From a virus (lineage: Duplodnaviria; Caudoviricetes), in IMG/VR virus record IMGVR_UViG_3300017707_002238, positions 1 through 28,182 of that record: a stretch of 28,182 nt of DNA. One strand, 5' to 3'. Every line of letters starts with the position of its first letter. Within the stretch, counting starts at the first letter, position 1. Both the position numbers and the translations under genes were made by a program. Positions 1 through 8,794 of this stretch are shown piece by piece. The notes below the pieces were generated by a model. The model was not told the origin of the DNA. It did no database searches and was given only the letters and a program-made list of their open reading frames with translations.

Positions 1-314
1 ACTCGACACTATTGTATTTCCACTTGCATCAATTCCTAAGAATTGAGATGTTACTCCTGATGATAAACCACTAAATACAATTGTATCACCATTTGATACT
101 TCAATATTATATCCATTTGTGGCATTACCTTGAAATAATACTTGTGTTAAAGTTTGATTACCAGTTGATCCTGTTGATCCTGATAAAGAAATAGGTAAAA
201 TACCATTTTCAGTTCTAATCCATAATAAATCATCAACCTCATTCAAATAAAACTCACCAACAAATAGATCTGTTGGAATCATTTGATTTAAGGTTACTGC
301 TGTTACTGGCGGAA
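1..314. repeat. Left copy of 314-bp imperfect direct terminal repeat
   Basis: Manual alignment to 27869..28182: 1-87 and 212-314 identical; mismatches at 88, 92-94, 108, 109, 152, 154, 155, 158, 160-162, 168, 211; no indels. Confidence 0.97.
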
Positions 315-384
315 TTGTTGGGACTTCTCCTGTCTGAGCCGTTCTTTTGACCAACATCCTTGAGTATTCAATCTTATCTGCCAT
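1..384 (-). CDS. 5' part of tail fibre gene (MADKIEYSRMLVKRTAQTGEVPT...), truncated at window edge; continues into 25979..28182 if circular
   Basis: ATG at 384, open frame to position 1. Translation matches the N-terminus of ORF 25979..28150 and adds 34 codons. KR...VPT...GEFYLN pattern is typical of fibre attachment domains. Confidence 0.9.
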   Translation of the reverse strand, partial: MADKIEYSRMLVKRTAQTGEVPTIPPVTAVTLNQMIPTDLFVGEFYLNEVDDLLWIRTENGILPISLSGSTGSTGNQTLTQVLFQGNATNGYNIEVSNGDTIVFSGLSSGVTSQFLGIDASGNTIVSS

Positions 385-396
385 TTTGTTTTCTTG

Positions 397-423
397 TAAA
401 TATTTTAATTATAAAATCGTTTT
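397..423 (-). promoter_or_regulatory. Putative late promoter AAAAC-N15-ATATTTA (tail fibre)
   Basis: Minus strand AAAAC GATTTTATAATTAAA ATATTTA, 12 nt upstream of ATG 384; one of six exact copies. Confidence 0.75.
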
Positions 424-3400
424 TATTGAATTACTTGATTTGCTCCTGAAATGATTGGTCTTAATTTAGAATCACCTCCATAATTTCTTACAGATTCAAA
501 TGTTCCATCAATAATATCAATTAGATTTGTTTTTCCATCATACATAACAGTCTCAAAACCACCATCGATAAAATAAACATAGTAATATCCTATTCCATCT
601 GAAGAGATTTTTATATCCCCGACAACTAAACTATTTGATGTTGGGAAATCAATCCCATCACCAATAACCAAAGAGTTTGTTACACCTGATGGAATTGAGT
701 TATTTGTACCAATAATCATTGAGTTGGAAGCTCCTTGTTCAACAAAATTATTTTCACCTTTAACAATTACCGTGTCTGAGTTGATTACATTTAAGTTTTT
801 CAACATCTCAAATGGTCTCTCCAAATAAATTGAACCTGATCTTACTTGATTTTCAGGTTGAATAGCTGTTACTGTCGGATTAGCTCCTGGATATTGATTT
901 GGGTTATTGACTGTAGTTTGAGTTGCTACACAAAATCCATTTGTCCATATACCACCGTAATAAGCACAACAGTCTTCACTTATGACTTGGTTTGAAAGTG
1001 AGACATAGATATATCCATAAGGTTTAACTTTTTTGGCCACAATATCTTCAGGACAGTCAATTTCAGATAAAGCAACCTCTTTATTGTTACCATAAAAAAT
1101 ATCTAAGTAATTTAATTTATATAAAATTACCTTTGTAGTTTTATCAATCGCATTCGGATTATAATCCACAATTGTATTAACTCTCCAATAAGAATTATCT
1201 ATCAAGATGATATCTCTAAAGTCAAACTGATTAATGTCACTTGGAGTCAAATGAAAATATGCTTCTAATAACTTTGAATTTACATCAGTAATGTCATTCA
1301 ATGTAGAAAGATAAAACTGATTTACAAGGTTATTATTTGGACAGCAGATAGATGTATTATAATACAACACATTTGAGTTTCCAAATTCAAGTGAATATGT
1401 TGGATCAGTTGGATCATCGTACATACCAGCATAAACATATTCATATTGTGCAACACCTGCTTGAGTTGGATAATCTGTAATAGTAAAAAACTTATTTGGT
1501 GTTTGAATTTTCTTTGTGAATAAAATACGAGGTTTTACCTTAATTGGTTTTAAAGCGTTATTTGTATCTATATCACAGAAGAACGGAGCAATTCTTGGGG
1601 TAATAATATTATCACTTACAGGAGTTGGAGCAAAATCTAATTCAAGTTTTTTCTCATTTGTTGAAAAATCATTAATAAAATCTACGGTATAATCACCATA
1701 TACTCTACCTGATTGTTGTTCATATAAATTATTGTAATAATCCTCATCTTTTGTATAAGTAAACTTATATGTTTTTGTATCCAATTCTGACATTGGAGTT
1801 TGTTTAACATCTTGATCGTAATCAAGTTTTAAGGTCCAATCCCTAACTTTTCTTTTTGAATTAAAATAATCGTCTCTTGGCTCAATTATCAGGTCATTAT
1901 CCGAGTTTGGGTTATCACTAACCATCAAATTAAACATCTTAATTATGTTGATGAAAAAATCTCTCATCTTCATATTTGGAAGATATGTATTCAATTTAAT
2001 TATACTGTTGATTGAATAATTGGTTGTAACCGCTGGTTTAATTTCTAAACGATTAACAGTTCCACTAATTGTTCTTTGAGTCATAGCCGCAACAAAAACT
2101 AAATCAGAAACTGAAGTCCAACTAACAGTCGGTGGATATAATAATTGAAAATTAATTCTAATTTGTTCACCAGCATTTAACCATATAGATGGAATATTGA
2201 AATTCATCACATATGGATTACCTGTGGCTAAAAAACCTGAAGGAATAACTCCTGAAGTAGGTATTGTATAAGCACCTCCACTGTATAATCCAACAGTTCC
2301 GGCAATTGGCGGAGTAATGGTTAATATATTTGTTCCTTGTAATAATGTTGTTTGACCATTAATTGCAACCTTATAAATTCTTGCAACATAAGATAATGAT
2401 CCTGAAATATATTTGAAACTTGCTCCTGTCTTATGTTTCCAAAACATGTAAAAAGAATTATCCAAATCAATTGAATAAAATCCTGCAGTTTGACAAGTAT
2501 ATCTCCAAACATTGGAATCTCCCTTCCATTCGTTGTTTGGATCTTGCATTTGATTACCACCATAACTTCCGGATTCAACAGTCATTGGAAACCACCATGA
2601 TCCATTTGTAAAATTTGACCAATATGATGTTGATTTCTGTAACATTGGGGTAAGAGCAACTGTTCCACCTAATGTACTTGCTGGACTAAAAAGATAACTA
2701 TTAACTTGAGTTACACCTGATGGAATAACAAATGGTGCTGGGTTATCCCAAGTTACTCTTACTGTTTTATTGTCAATATCCTCACTTGAATATTGTGGAG
2801 TATCAGTTGGAATTACAAGTGATCTGAAATAGTCTGAATTAAAGAAATTTGAGGTGTATGTATATCCTGCAAACTCAAACATTTTATCAATTAGAGTTTT
2901 AACATATACAGCAGGGTTTAAATCAAATGAATTGAATTTAATTGAACCATTAGCTGCTGTAACAGGGTTCTGTCCTGTTACAATAATTGGATAAATATAT
3001 CCTTCACCAGGTTGAGTTAAAATTGAAGACAGAGGATTATTTATTGAAATATAATTATCCCATGTATTAGTTATTGTATTTTCATTTCTATAGTGATCAT
3101 ACTCATCCAAATTTAATTGATTCAAGTAGTAATCAGCAAAAGAAATAATAATGTTTTTGAATACACCTGTAATTACAATCTCATAATCAACTTGTTTTTG
3201 ATTTGTAATTACATTTAGAAGTTGTAGATTTCCTTGAAATACCAATTCATCTCCAATTAGAACTTGAACAGGTAATGCTTTTTTTGGATTATAACTTGTG
3301 TTGGCAATATCAATGTTAAGATCATAGATATTTTTGAAATATTCATTGTTCTTAGGAGTACCAGGTAAAATAATGGTTTTAGAAAATGATGACTTTTTGA

Positions 3401-3512
3401 CAGTAATATCTTCAATATCATCAATTTGATAAGTTAATGAAATATCTATGTCGTCATAGGTATCAAGAGTCTGACCTAATGATACAATTTTAAATTGATT
3501 TATACCACTCAT
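423..3512 (-). CDS. Large tail tip / baseplate-hub-like structural protein (1029 aa)
   Basis: N-terminus (DISLTYQIDDI...SFSKTIILPGTPKNN) resembles tail proteins of Bacteroidota siphophages; C-terminal short beta-repeats (NSMIIGTNNSI, NSLVIGDGI, NSLVVGD); directly upstream of the fibre gene. Confidence 0.7.
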   Translation of the reverse strand: MSGINQFKIVSLGQTLDTYDDIDISLTYQIDDIEDITVKKSSFSKTIILPGTPKNNEYFKNIYDLNIDIANTSYNPKKALPVQVLIGDELVFQGNLQLLNVITNQKQVDYEIVITGVFKNIIISFADYYLNQLNLDEYDHYRNENTITNTWDNYISINNPLSSILTQPGEGYIYPIIVTGQNPVTAANGSIKFNSFDLNPAVYVKTLIDKMFEFAGYTYTSNFFNSDYFRSLVIPTDTPQYSSEDIDNKTVRVTWDNPAPFVIPSGVTQVNSYLFSPASTLGGTVALTPMLQKSTSYWSNFTNGSWWFPMTVESGSYGGNQMQDPNNEWKGDSNVWRYTCQTAGFYSIDLDNSFYMFWKHKTGASFKYISGSLSYVARIYKVAINGQTTLLQGTNILTITPPIAGTVGLYSGGAYTIPTSGVIPSGFLATGNPYVMNFNIPSIWLNAGEQIRINFQLLYPPTVSWTSVSDLVFVAAMTQRTISGTVNRLEIKPAVTTNYSINSIIKLNTYLPNMKMRDFFINIIKMFNLMVSDNPNSDNDLIIEPRDDYFNSKRKVRDWTLKLDYDQDVKQTPMSELDTKTYKFTYTKDEDYYNNLYEQQSGRVYGDYTVDFINDFSTNEKKLELDFAPTPVSDNIITPRIAPFFCDIDTNNALKPIKVKPRILFTKKIQTPNKFFTITDYPTQAGVAQYEYVYAGMYDDPTDPTYSLEFGNSNVLYYNTSICCPNNNLVNQFYLSTLNDITDVNSKLLEAYFHLTPSDINQFDFRDIILIDNSYWRVNTIVDYNPNAIDKTTKVILYKLNYLDIFYGNNKEVALSEIDCPEDIVAKKVKPYGYIYVSLSNQVISEDCCAYYGGIWTNGFCVATQTTVNNPNQYPGANPTVTAIQPENQVRSGSIYLERPFEMLKNLNVINSDTVIVKGENNFVEQGASNSMIIGTNNSIPSGVTNSLVIGDGIDFPTSNSLVVGDIKISSDGIGYYYVYFIDGGFETVMYDGKTNLIDIIDGTFESVRNYGGDSKLRPIISGANQVIQ

Positions 3513-3515
3513 AAA

Positions 3516-5465
3516 TTAGAATCTAAATTCGTTATTACTTACTCTCACATTGAATGTATATGAGAACAATTGCTCGTTAATGTTCTTGAATATCTCTACT
3601 TTAGATTCATCCAAATGACAGTTAAATAAACGATTGTCAGGAGTTTGTAAGTACACAGAAGGGGATTGCATCAAATCTCTAATTAAATTCCTTTCAAACT
3701 CATATAACCACCCTGAATTAAGAGTATATGATTCTCTTGATCTTTGGTAGAATGTTTTTTCACCAACACCATAATCATCATAACCAAATGTATCATATTC
3801 CCAAGTTCCTTCTTGTTGATAATATGTCTTCTTATCACTTTCAATATATTCACGAGACATATAAATGAAGGGGTAAGATATAAATGAACCGTATTGGTCT
3901 TTCCACATTAGATGATAGATCTCATACATTGAGCAATCCCCATTTAATTTAAAACAAATATCGTTTGTTCTTTGAACTGGTGAACCAAATGGAGCATCGT
4001 ATACATAACATACATATGTGTCTACTTGTCCTGAGTATGAACTAAATGTTCCTGTAATATCCACATAACTTGATCCTGCGATTTGTTGTAATCCAATTGG
4101 AGCATAGAAGTCAGTTTGTGTTGATACTGATTTAGCAATTCTAATTGCTCCCAATGTTGTTCCTGCTGAATTTAAGAATTGATATAACATACCATCACTT
4201 AATGAAGCTGTTGAAGAATGAACTAATAAGAATCCAACTGTATTAGGTTCAATTCTGTAACATGTCTCAGTGTTAAGAACTGTTGAGATATTATTTCCTG
4301 AAAATGCTCTATTTTGAACCACATATTTGTCAAAAAAACTTAAAGTGTAATCTGCTCTATTTACATGAGCGTTATAAATACAAAATGCCTCATAATCAAT
4401 ATATTCATTTATCACTGTTGTTAATTGATTTCCTGGATATGTAATTTGACCTGTAATTGGAACTGATGAACCTGCCCAAGCAATATTTGTTTGAACAACC
4501 AAACCATAAGTGGGATCAATATATAATCCTGTTATAGTTGCTGTAGTGTTATAACTTGGTCTTGGTATACCATAGATATAACCAGGTACATTTGATGATC
4601 CTACATAAGTTTGTGGTGATGTTAAGCTTGTACTTGTTATTGGATTAAATACAGTTGTAAATCCATTATATGATTGTAATGTTGTCTGACCTTGAACTTG
4701 AATTTGTTGACCTGCTAAAAATGAATGTTGTTGATTTGATTGATAAGTTGTACTACCAGCAACACTTGTAATTCCTGTATATCCCCAAGCGACAGGATTC
4801 TGTTGAATTTGAATAACTTGACCTACTTGAAATGGTGTTCCTGATAATGAAGTTATTGTAGAATTTTGAAATCCTACAGTACCACCTGTGGAAAAGATAT
4901 TATCTTCAAACTCAAAAACATATTGAGATTCATAACCACAAAGTAATCCAAAACATTTTTTTGTGTCAGGCCCATCGTAAGTAAGAGCATAATCAACAGT
5001 TTGTCCCGTTAAGTTTTGAGATACCAAATCTTTCATTACATTAGACATATCAAGTTTTCCATATCCATCTAAGTCAGGAGTAAGTTTCCACTTGTAGAAT
5101 TGAGATAATCGAATCGGGAACGAAACAAATAATACTGTTGGAAATAAATCAATAATTAGTTGATTTGGCTGAGGTATTGATAAAATGTTATAATAACCTG
5201 TTTGAAGATTGTTATTTGCAGTATCATCTAAAATAATTGTATGCCCAACTGAATATCCATGAGGAGTTGATGTAACAAGTAATGTATATACTTGTCCATT
5301 GTATGAAGCAGTCGTTGCTGAAGTTGCAAAAACTGTATCATAAATGGCATTTACAATATATTTGTATTGTGATACTTGATCAAATTCAGTATCATATAAT
5401 TTTAATGGTATGGCTGAATAAGCAGCCATGTACTGATTTGGTAATGTAATTGCTGAATAACCCAT
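3516..5465 (-). CDS. Tail structural protein (distal-tail-like, 649 aa) with inserted beta-rich repeats
   Basis: C-terminus (WKDQYG...YTLNSGWL...DLMQSPSVYL) resembles the tail protein that precedes the hub gene in Bacteroidota phages; internal H(G/S)xxxGxxI repeats. Confidence 0.65.
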   Translation of the reverse strand: MGYSAITLPNQYMAAYSAIPLKLYDTEFDQVSQYKYIVNAIYDTVFATSATTASYNGQVYTLLVTSTPHGYSVGHTIILDDTANNNLQTGYYNILSIPQPNQLIIDLFPTVLFVSFPIRLSQFYKWKLTPDLDGYGKLDMSNVMKDLVSQNLTGQTVDYALTYDGPDTKKCFGLLCGYESQYVFEFEDNIFSTGGTVGFQNSTITSLSGTPFQVGQVIQIQQNPVAWGYTGITSVAGSTTYQSNQQHSFLAGQQIQVQGQTTLQSYNGFTTVFNPITSTSLTSPQTYVGSSNVPGYIYGIPRPSYNTTATITGLYIDPTYGLVVQTNIAWAGSSVPITGQITYPGNQLTTVINEYIDYEAFCIYNAHVNRADYTLSFFDKYVVQNRAFSGNNISTVLNTETCYRIEPNTVGFLLVHSSTASLSDGMLYQFLNSAGTTLGAIRIAKSVSTQTDFYAPIGLQQIAGSSYVDITGTFSSYSGQVDTYVCYVYDAPFGSPVQRTNDICFKLNGDCSMYEIYHLMWKDQYGSFISYPFIYMSREYIESDKKTYYQQEGTWEYDTFGYDDYGVGEKTFYQRSRESYTLNSGWLYEFERNLIRDLMQSPSVYLQTPDNRLFNCHLDESKVEIFKNINEQLFSYTFNVRVSNNEFRF

Positions 5466-5475
5466 TGTTTTTGAT

Positions 5476-5502
5476 TAAATATTGATTTGGATTAAGTGTT
5501 TT
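5476..5502 (-). promoter_or_regulatory. Putative late promoter AAAAC-N15-ATATTTA (tail-tip genes)
   Basis: AAAAC ACTTAATCCAAATCA ATATTTA, 10 nt upstream of ATG 5465. Confidence 0.75.
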
Positions 5503-5977
5503 TATTCAATCTTAATGACTGTTCTACGATAATCCAATCTTTTTCAATATTTTTTGTAATTATTTCTACAATAGATTTTTCATATTTGTTGATATATTTT
5601 CTATTGGTTTCAAGTGTGAATCTTGTTTTAGCCAACACTCTTGTTGGTTTGATTCCAAACTTATAGATATTTGTTCTAATTGCCCAAGCAGCTTCTTTTG
5701 GGATTCCTTTGATAGTTGCCCATCTTTGGATTGCTTGAATTGGGGGATATGTGCCAGGTTTTCTACCTCTATCAACCCATTTTAAATAATCATTTGCTAA
5801 TAGAATAAGATTGATGCCATAAGCCGTATCTTGAAGTCTATAATTGATTGAATTGATTAATGATCCTGAAGCAACTTTTGGATAAGGTTTATTATTCTTT
5901 AATAAATCGACAAGAACTTTTACATAGTCCTTGCCGAATTCATTAGCCAATTTTGTATCAATAATTTTGTCTGCCAT
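5492..5977 (-). CDS. Neck / tail-completion protein (HK97 gp10-like virion morphogenesis family)
   Basis: ASGSLINSI, YLKWVDRGRKPG, PPIQAIQRW and GIKPT motifs. Confidence 0.7.
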   Translation of the reverse strand: MADKIIDTKLANEFGKDYVKVLVDLLKNNKPYPKVASGSLINSINYRLQDTAYGINLILLANDYLKWVDRGRKPGTYPPIQAIQRWATIKGIPKEAAWAIRTNIYKFGIKPTRVLAKTRFTLETNRKYINKYEKSIVEIITKNIEKDWIIVEQSLRLNKNT

Positions 5978-6026
5978 ATAATTTTAAATATATTCAATAC
6001 AAAAAGTATTGATGAGGGCACAAATA

Positions 6027-6206
6027 TTAAGAACCTTTGATGTAAACTTTTAATTTACCATTTTCATCAAGTTCAATTTGATTAAAAAATTCTTCTTGAT
6101 TACCTGGCGTTGTAATTGTAGAATCAGTCATACCTGATACTGAAACTACTTCAACAGCACCATTTTGATCAAGTTGTATATTTTGAAAAAATTCAAATTT
6201 ATTCAT
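6027..6206 (-). CDS. Unannotated 59-aa protein with internal duplication (MNKFEFFQNIQLDQNGAVEV...NQEEFFNQIELDENGKLKVYIKGS)
   Basis: Translated by hand; ATG overlaps the end of the upstream small gene; fills an otherwise empty gap; contains two copies of a protein motif. Confidence 0.8.
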   Translation of the reverse strand: MNKFEFFQNIQLDQNGAVEVVSVSGMTDSTITTPGNQEEFFNQIELDENGKLKVYIKGS

Positions 6207-6363
6207 TATTTCTTGATTTTAATTCTTGAATTTCATTATAAATTCTAATCAATTCATGTTCTTTTTGTTCAATTTGAATTTGTGTATCAATTTCAAAAAC
6301 TTCTACTTCTTCAACAGTCATAGTACCGTCTAATTCCCAAGTTACAATTTGCTTAATTGCCAT
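6199..6363 (-). CDS. Unannotated 54-aa protein with C-terminal coiled coil (MAIKQIVTWELDG...IEQKEHELIRIYNEIQELKSRNNE)
   Basis: Translated by hand; paralog of 25787..25960; follows the short fibre gene. Confidence 0.85.
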   Translation of the reverse strand: MAIKQIVTWELDGTMTVEEVEVFEIDTQIQIEQKEHELIRIYNEIQELKSRNNE

Positions 6364-6383
6364 TTCTTTTAATATATTTAATT

Positions 6384-7214
6384 TTATGTAAATTTTACGA
6401 ATACTGCAGGTAATGGGTTCGTTTGTCCATAAAAACCTTCAATTACTGCTCCACCATAAAATGACCCATTTCCACCACTAACAAATGTAGAAGGAACTGT
6501 AGGCCATGATGAATATACCGCCGATACTGCAATTTTCCATTGAACTCCTGTACCATCTGCTGTATTTGGTCTACCTATACTCATTAATCCTCCAACATCA
6601 TAAGAATAAAGTGATATACTTGACATATTACTATCGTTCAAAGCAATACCAATCCAATATTGAGTACCCGCACTTAATGTTATTGGAGTGATTGCGGCAT
6701 TATGAATTCTACAACATCCACCGCCCATAAATAAGTCTATTGTTGCTGATTCACGAATTAATGTATTAGGATAATTATTCAAATTATTATAAATTACAAG
6801 TTTTGCTTCACCACCTGAACCAGTTCCACCTTGATCTACTACAAGATATGAAATATCTGTATCTTGTGCTGGAATCACAGGATAACACATAACTCTATTT
6901 CCAAATGAAGTTAATGCTACTTGCCCATAAATTGTTGTTAAACCTATCAATCCCAATTGATTTGAAACTTGATCAGTGTTGAAATGTATTCCTGGTAATG
7001 GTGTTGAGCTTCCACCCCCACCTGAAGTTCCTGAAGTACCAGCACTTCCTGAAGTACCAGCACTTCCTGAAGTACCATTAGTACCTGATGTACCTGCGGC
7101 TCCGCTTGTACCTGAAGTACCTGAACCCCCTCCACCAGTAATACCTGTCACTACAAGTGCTCCGTTATTTAATTGAACATCTCTGTAAAACCCAAATTGA
7201 TTATCTTGTGCCAT
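6384..7214 (-). CDS. Short fibre / decoration protein: collagen-like Ser/Gly/Thr stalk plus C-terminal globular domain (276 aa)
   Basis: Gly at every third residue ([17 protein letters not shown]...); C-terminal ~205 aa is colinear with the C-terminus of 25979..28150. Confidence 0.75.
   Translation of the reverse strand: MAQDNQFGFYRDVQLNNGALVVTGITGGGGSGTSGTSGAAGTSGTNGTSGSAGTSGSAGTSGTSGGGGSSTPLPGIHFNTDQVSNQLGLIGLTTIYGQVALTSFGNRVMCYPVIPAQDTDISYLVVDQGGTGSGGEAKLVIYNNLNNYPNTLIRESATIDLFMGGGCCRIHNAAITPITLSAGTQYWIGIALNDSNMSSISLYSYDVGGLMSIGRPNTADGTGVQWKIAVSAVYSSWPTVPSTFVSGGNGSFYGGAVIEGFYGQTNPLPAVFVKFT
7018..7130. repeat. 9/18-bp coding tandem repeat (cctgaagtaccagcactt units) encoding a G-X-Y stalk
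   Basis: Exact 18-bp unit repeated at about 7030-7077; degenerate 9-bp period on either side. Confidence 0.85.
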
Positions 7215-7228
7215 AATTTCTTTTTATG

Positions 7229-7255
7229 TAAATATTTTTATTTATTTTTTGTTTT
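7229..7255 (-). promoter_or_regulatory. Putative late promoter AAAAC-N15-ATATTTA (short fibre)
   Basis: AAAAC AAAAAATAAATAAAA ATATTTA, 14 nt upstream of ATG 7214. Confidence 0.7.
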
Positions 7256-7400
7256 CTTTCAAATCCTTGATTTGATTATTAAGGTATTGAATCAATATTT
7301 GTTGTTGTTCAATTATCTTATTTAATTTTTCAATTTCTGTAGGTTCAGGTTTGTTATCACTATGAACCAATTTTCCGTCTTTTATTATTTCAAGTCCCAT
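7242..7400 (-). CDS. Unannotated 52-aa coiled-coil protein (MGLEIIKDGKLVHS...IEKLNKIIEQQQILIQYLNNQIKDLKENKK)
   Basis: Translated by hand; ATAAT-ATG start context; heptad pattern; fills the gap after 7407..8516. Confidence 0.8.
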   Translation of the reverse strand: MGLEIIKDGKLVHSDNKPEPTEIEKLNKIIEQQQILIQYLNNQIKDLKENKK

Positions 7401-7406
7401 ATTATT

Positions 7407-8516
7407 TTATATTAGTGATACACCTGGTAGTGGGCTTACTCCACCATTATTTAATACAATAGGATGATTATTCCATATAGGACACATACAAATAACTGAA
7501 ACATCAGGTAAATAATTTGGTAATGCTACACTACCAATCAAATTATAACCTTGTGGTAATAATGCATTATATTCTACCTGACAAATTGTAAATGCTTGAG
7601 GAGATGTTGATAAATTGTAACCATCAAGTCCAAAATATAAGACATCCCCATTTTGAAAGTTAGTCATTCCTGTAATTTGTATATTCAAACTATTCGTACC
7701 ATAAGTTGCTGTATCTGCGGTATAAGTAACTACTTGAGTTAATCCGTTATTTGCATCAATTCCTATTGAAAGGTTTGTTGTACCTGTAACAAGTGGGATT
7801 TGAGTTACTACATATGGTGTCTGTAATTGATTTACTCCACCCCCTGTAATTCCTGTTACTGATAATGTATTTCCATTTATACTCTCTAATGTGATTGTTC
7901 CGTTTGTAAATGTCCCACCTGTATAAGCATATGTTTGAAATACAGAACAATCATCTAATGTTTCACAGGTTAAAAGTGTGGCATAAGTTGCTTGTTGAGG
8001 TTGAACCACGATTGTTGTTGGGGCTTCAGGAATAACACAGTTGACTTGTCTTGTTCTTAAAACAATACGAGCAACAACTCCTGTTGCTTTATCTTGAGTT
8101 TCATCAACAGCAGGATAAAAAGATACATCCTGTGAGATTAAAACACCATATTGACCCCAATTTTGTTGAATCATTGTAATTAAATCCTGAAGACATTGTA
8201 GAGTATCAGATAAAATCTCTTGTGAATTATCAGATTGAAAACCATTTTGATCCAAATAATTTGGTTGGTTGTTGATCTTATCCATAAACATCACAGAAAA
8301 TGAAATATCAGGAATTGCTGATTTTACATTGGATGCTGTTTGAATTGAGGAATCCTCATTCATTGTCACCCACATATAAGGGAAATCCATTTGTCTTGAG
8401 GTTCCAATATCATATGGCTCTCCAAATCCAAAATCCTTAAGGAAATAATGGTTCTGTTGGAAATCCTCAAACCAAGTAATCAACTGATTTATACTAACAA
8501 TACTTGTAATTGGCAT
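7407..8516 (-). CDS. Tail-terminator-like protein with a long beta-rich C-terminal extension (369 aa)
   Basis: N-terminal ~165 aa (FGFG, FPYMWV, FSVMFMD, EILSDTLQCLQDL, NCVIP) resembles tail completion proteins of Bacteroidota phages; ATG coupled to the upstream stop (TAATG). Confidence 0.6.
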   Translation of the reverse strand: MPITSIVSINQLITWFEDFQQNHYFLKDFGFGEPYDIGTSRQMDFPYMWVTMNEDSSIQTASNVKSAIPDISFSVMFMDKINNQPNYLDQNGFQSDNSQEILSDTLQCLQDLITMIQQNWGQYGVLISQDVSFYPAVDETQDKATGVVARIVLRTRQVNCVIPEAPTTIVVQPQQATYATLLTCETLDDCSVFQTYAYTGGTFTNGTITLESINGNTLSVTGITGGGVNQLQTPYVVTQIPLVTGTTNLSIGIDANNGLTQVVTYTADTATYGTNSLNIQITGMTNFQNGDVLYFGLDGYNLSTSPQAFTICQVEYNALLPQGYNLIGSVALPNYLPDVSVICMCPIWNNHPIVLNNGGVSPLPGVSLI

Positions 8517-8794
8517 TATACGCTATTTTTATCTTTTAATTCTTCTTTATTTTTAAAATATCCCAACCAATTCAGACAAGACACATAATTCATTTTATAT
8601 ACATCTTCATCCGTTTTATTGAGTTCTTTCATCAATTTATAAACAAAGTCCAACCATACATATCTCTCATCCAATTTTTTCTTTTCACCAAGTTTCTTTG
8701 AGAATCTTTCATTCTCTTTTGGTGGTTTTGTTAATTGGCTTCGGAAGAGACCGCTGTATTGTTGGCTGATAAATCTCTTCCAGTTAAAAAAAAA
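8516..8794 (-). CDS. -1 frameshift extension of the tail assembly chaperone (gpT-like part; FFFNWKRFISQQYSGLF...NWLGYFKNKEELKDKNSV)
   Basis: 93-codon open -1 frame begins at the T9 run, immediately after an in-frame TAG; no early ATG; its stop overlaps the next gene's ATG. Confidence 0.85.
   Translation of the reverse strand, partial: FFFNWKRFISQQYSGLFRSQLTKPPKENERFSKKLGEKKKLDERYVWLDFVYKLMKELNKTDEDVYKMNYVSCLNWLGYFKNKEELKDKNSV

Noticed and set aside
88-211. Diversity-generating retroelement (TR/VR pair) explaining the repeat mismatches
   Set aside because: Mismatches are not adenine-specific (7 of 15 are A on the coding strand of the left copy), they lie at the fibre N-terminus, and no reverse transcriptase is present.
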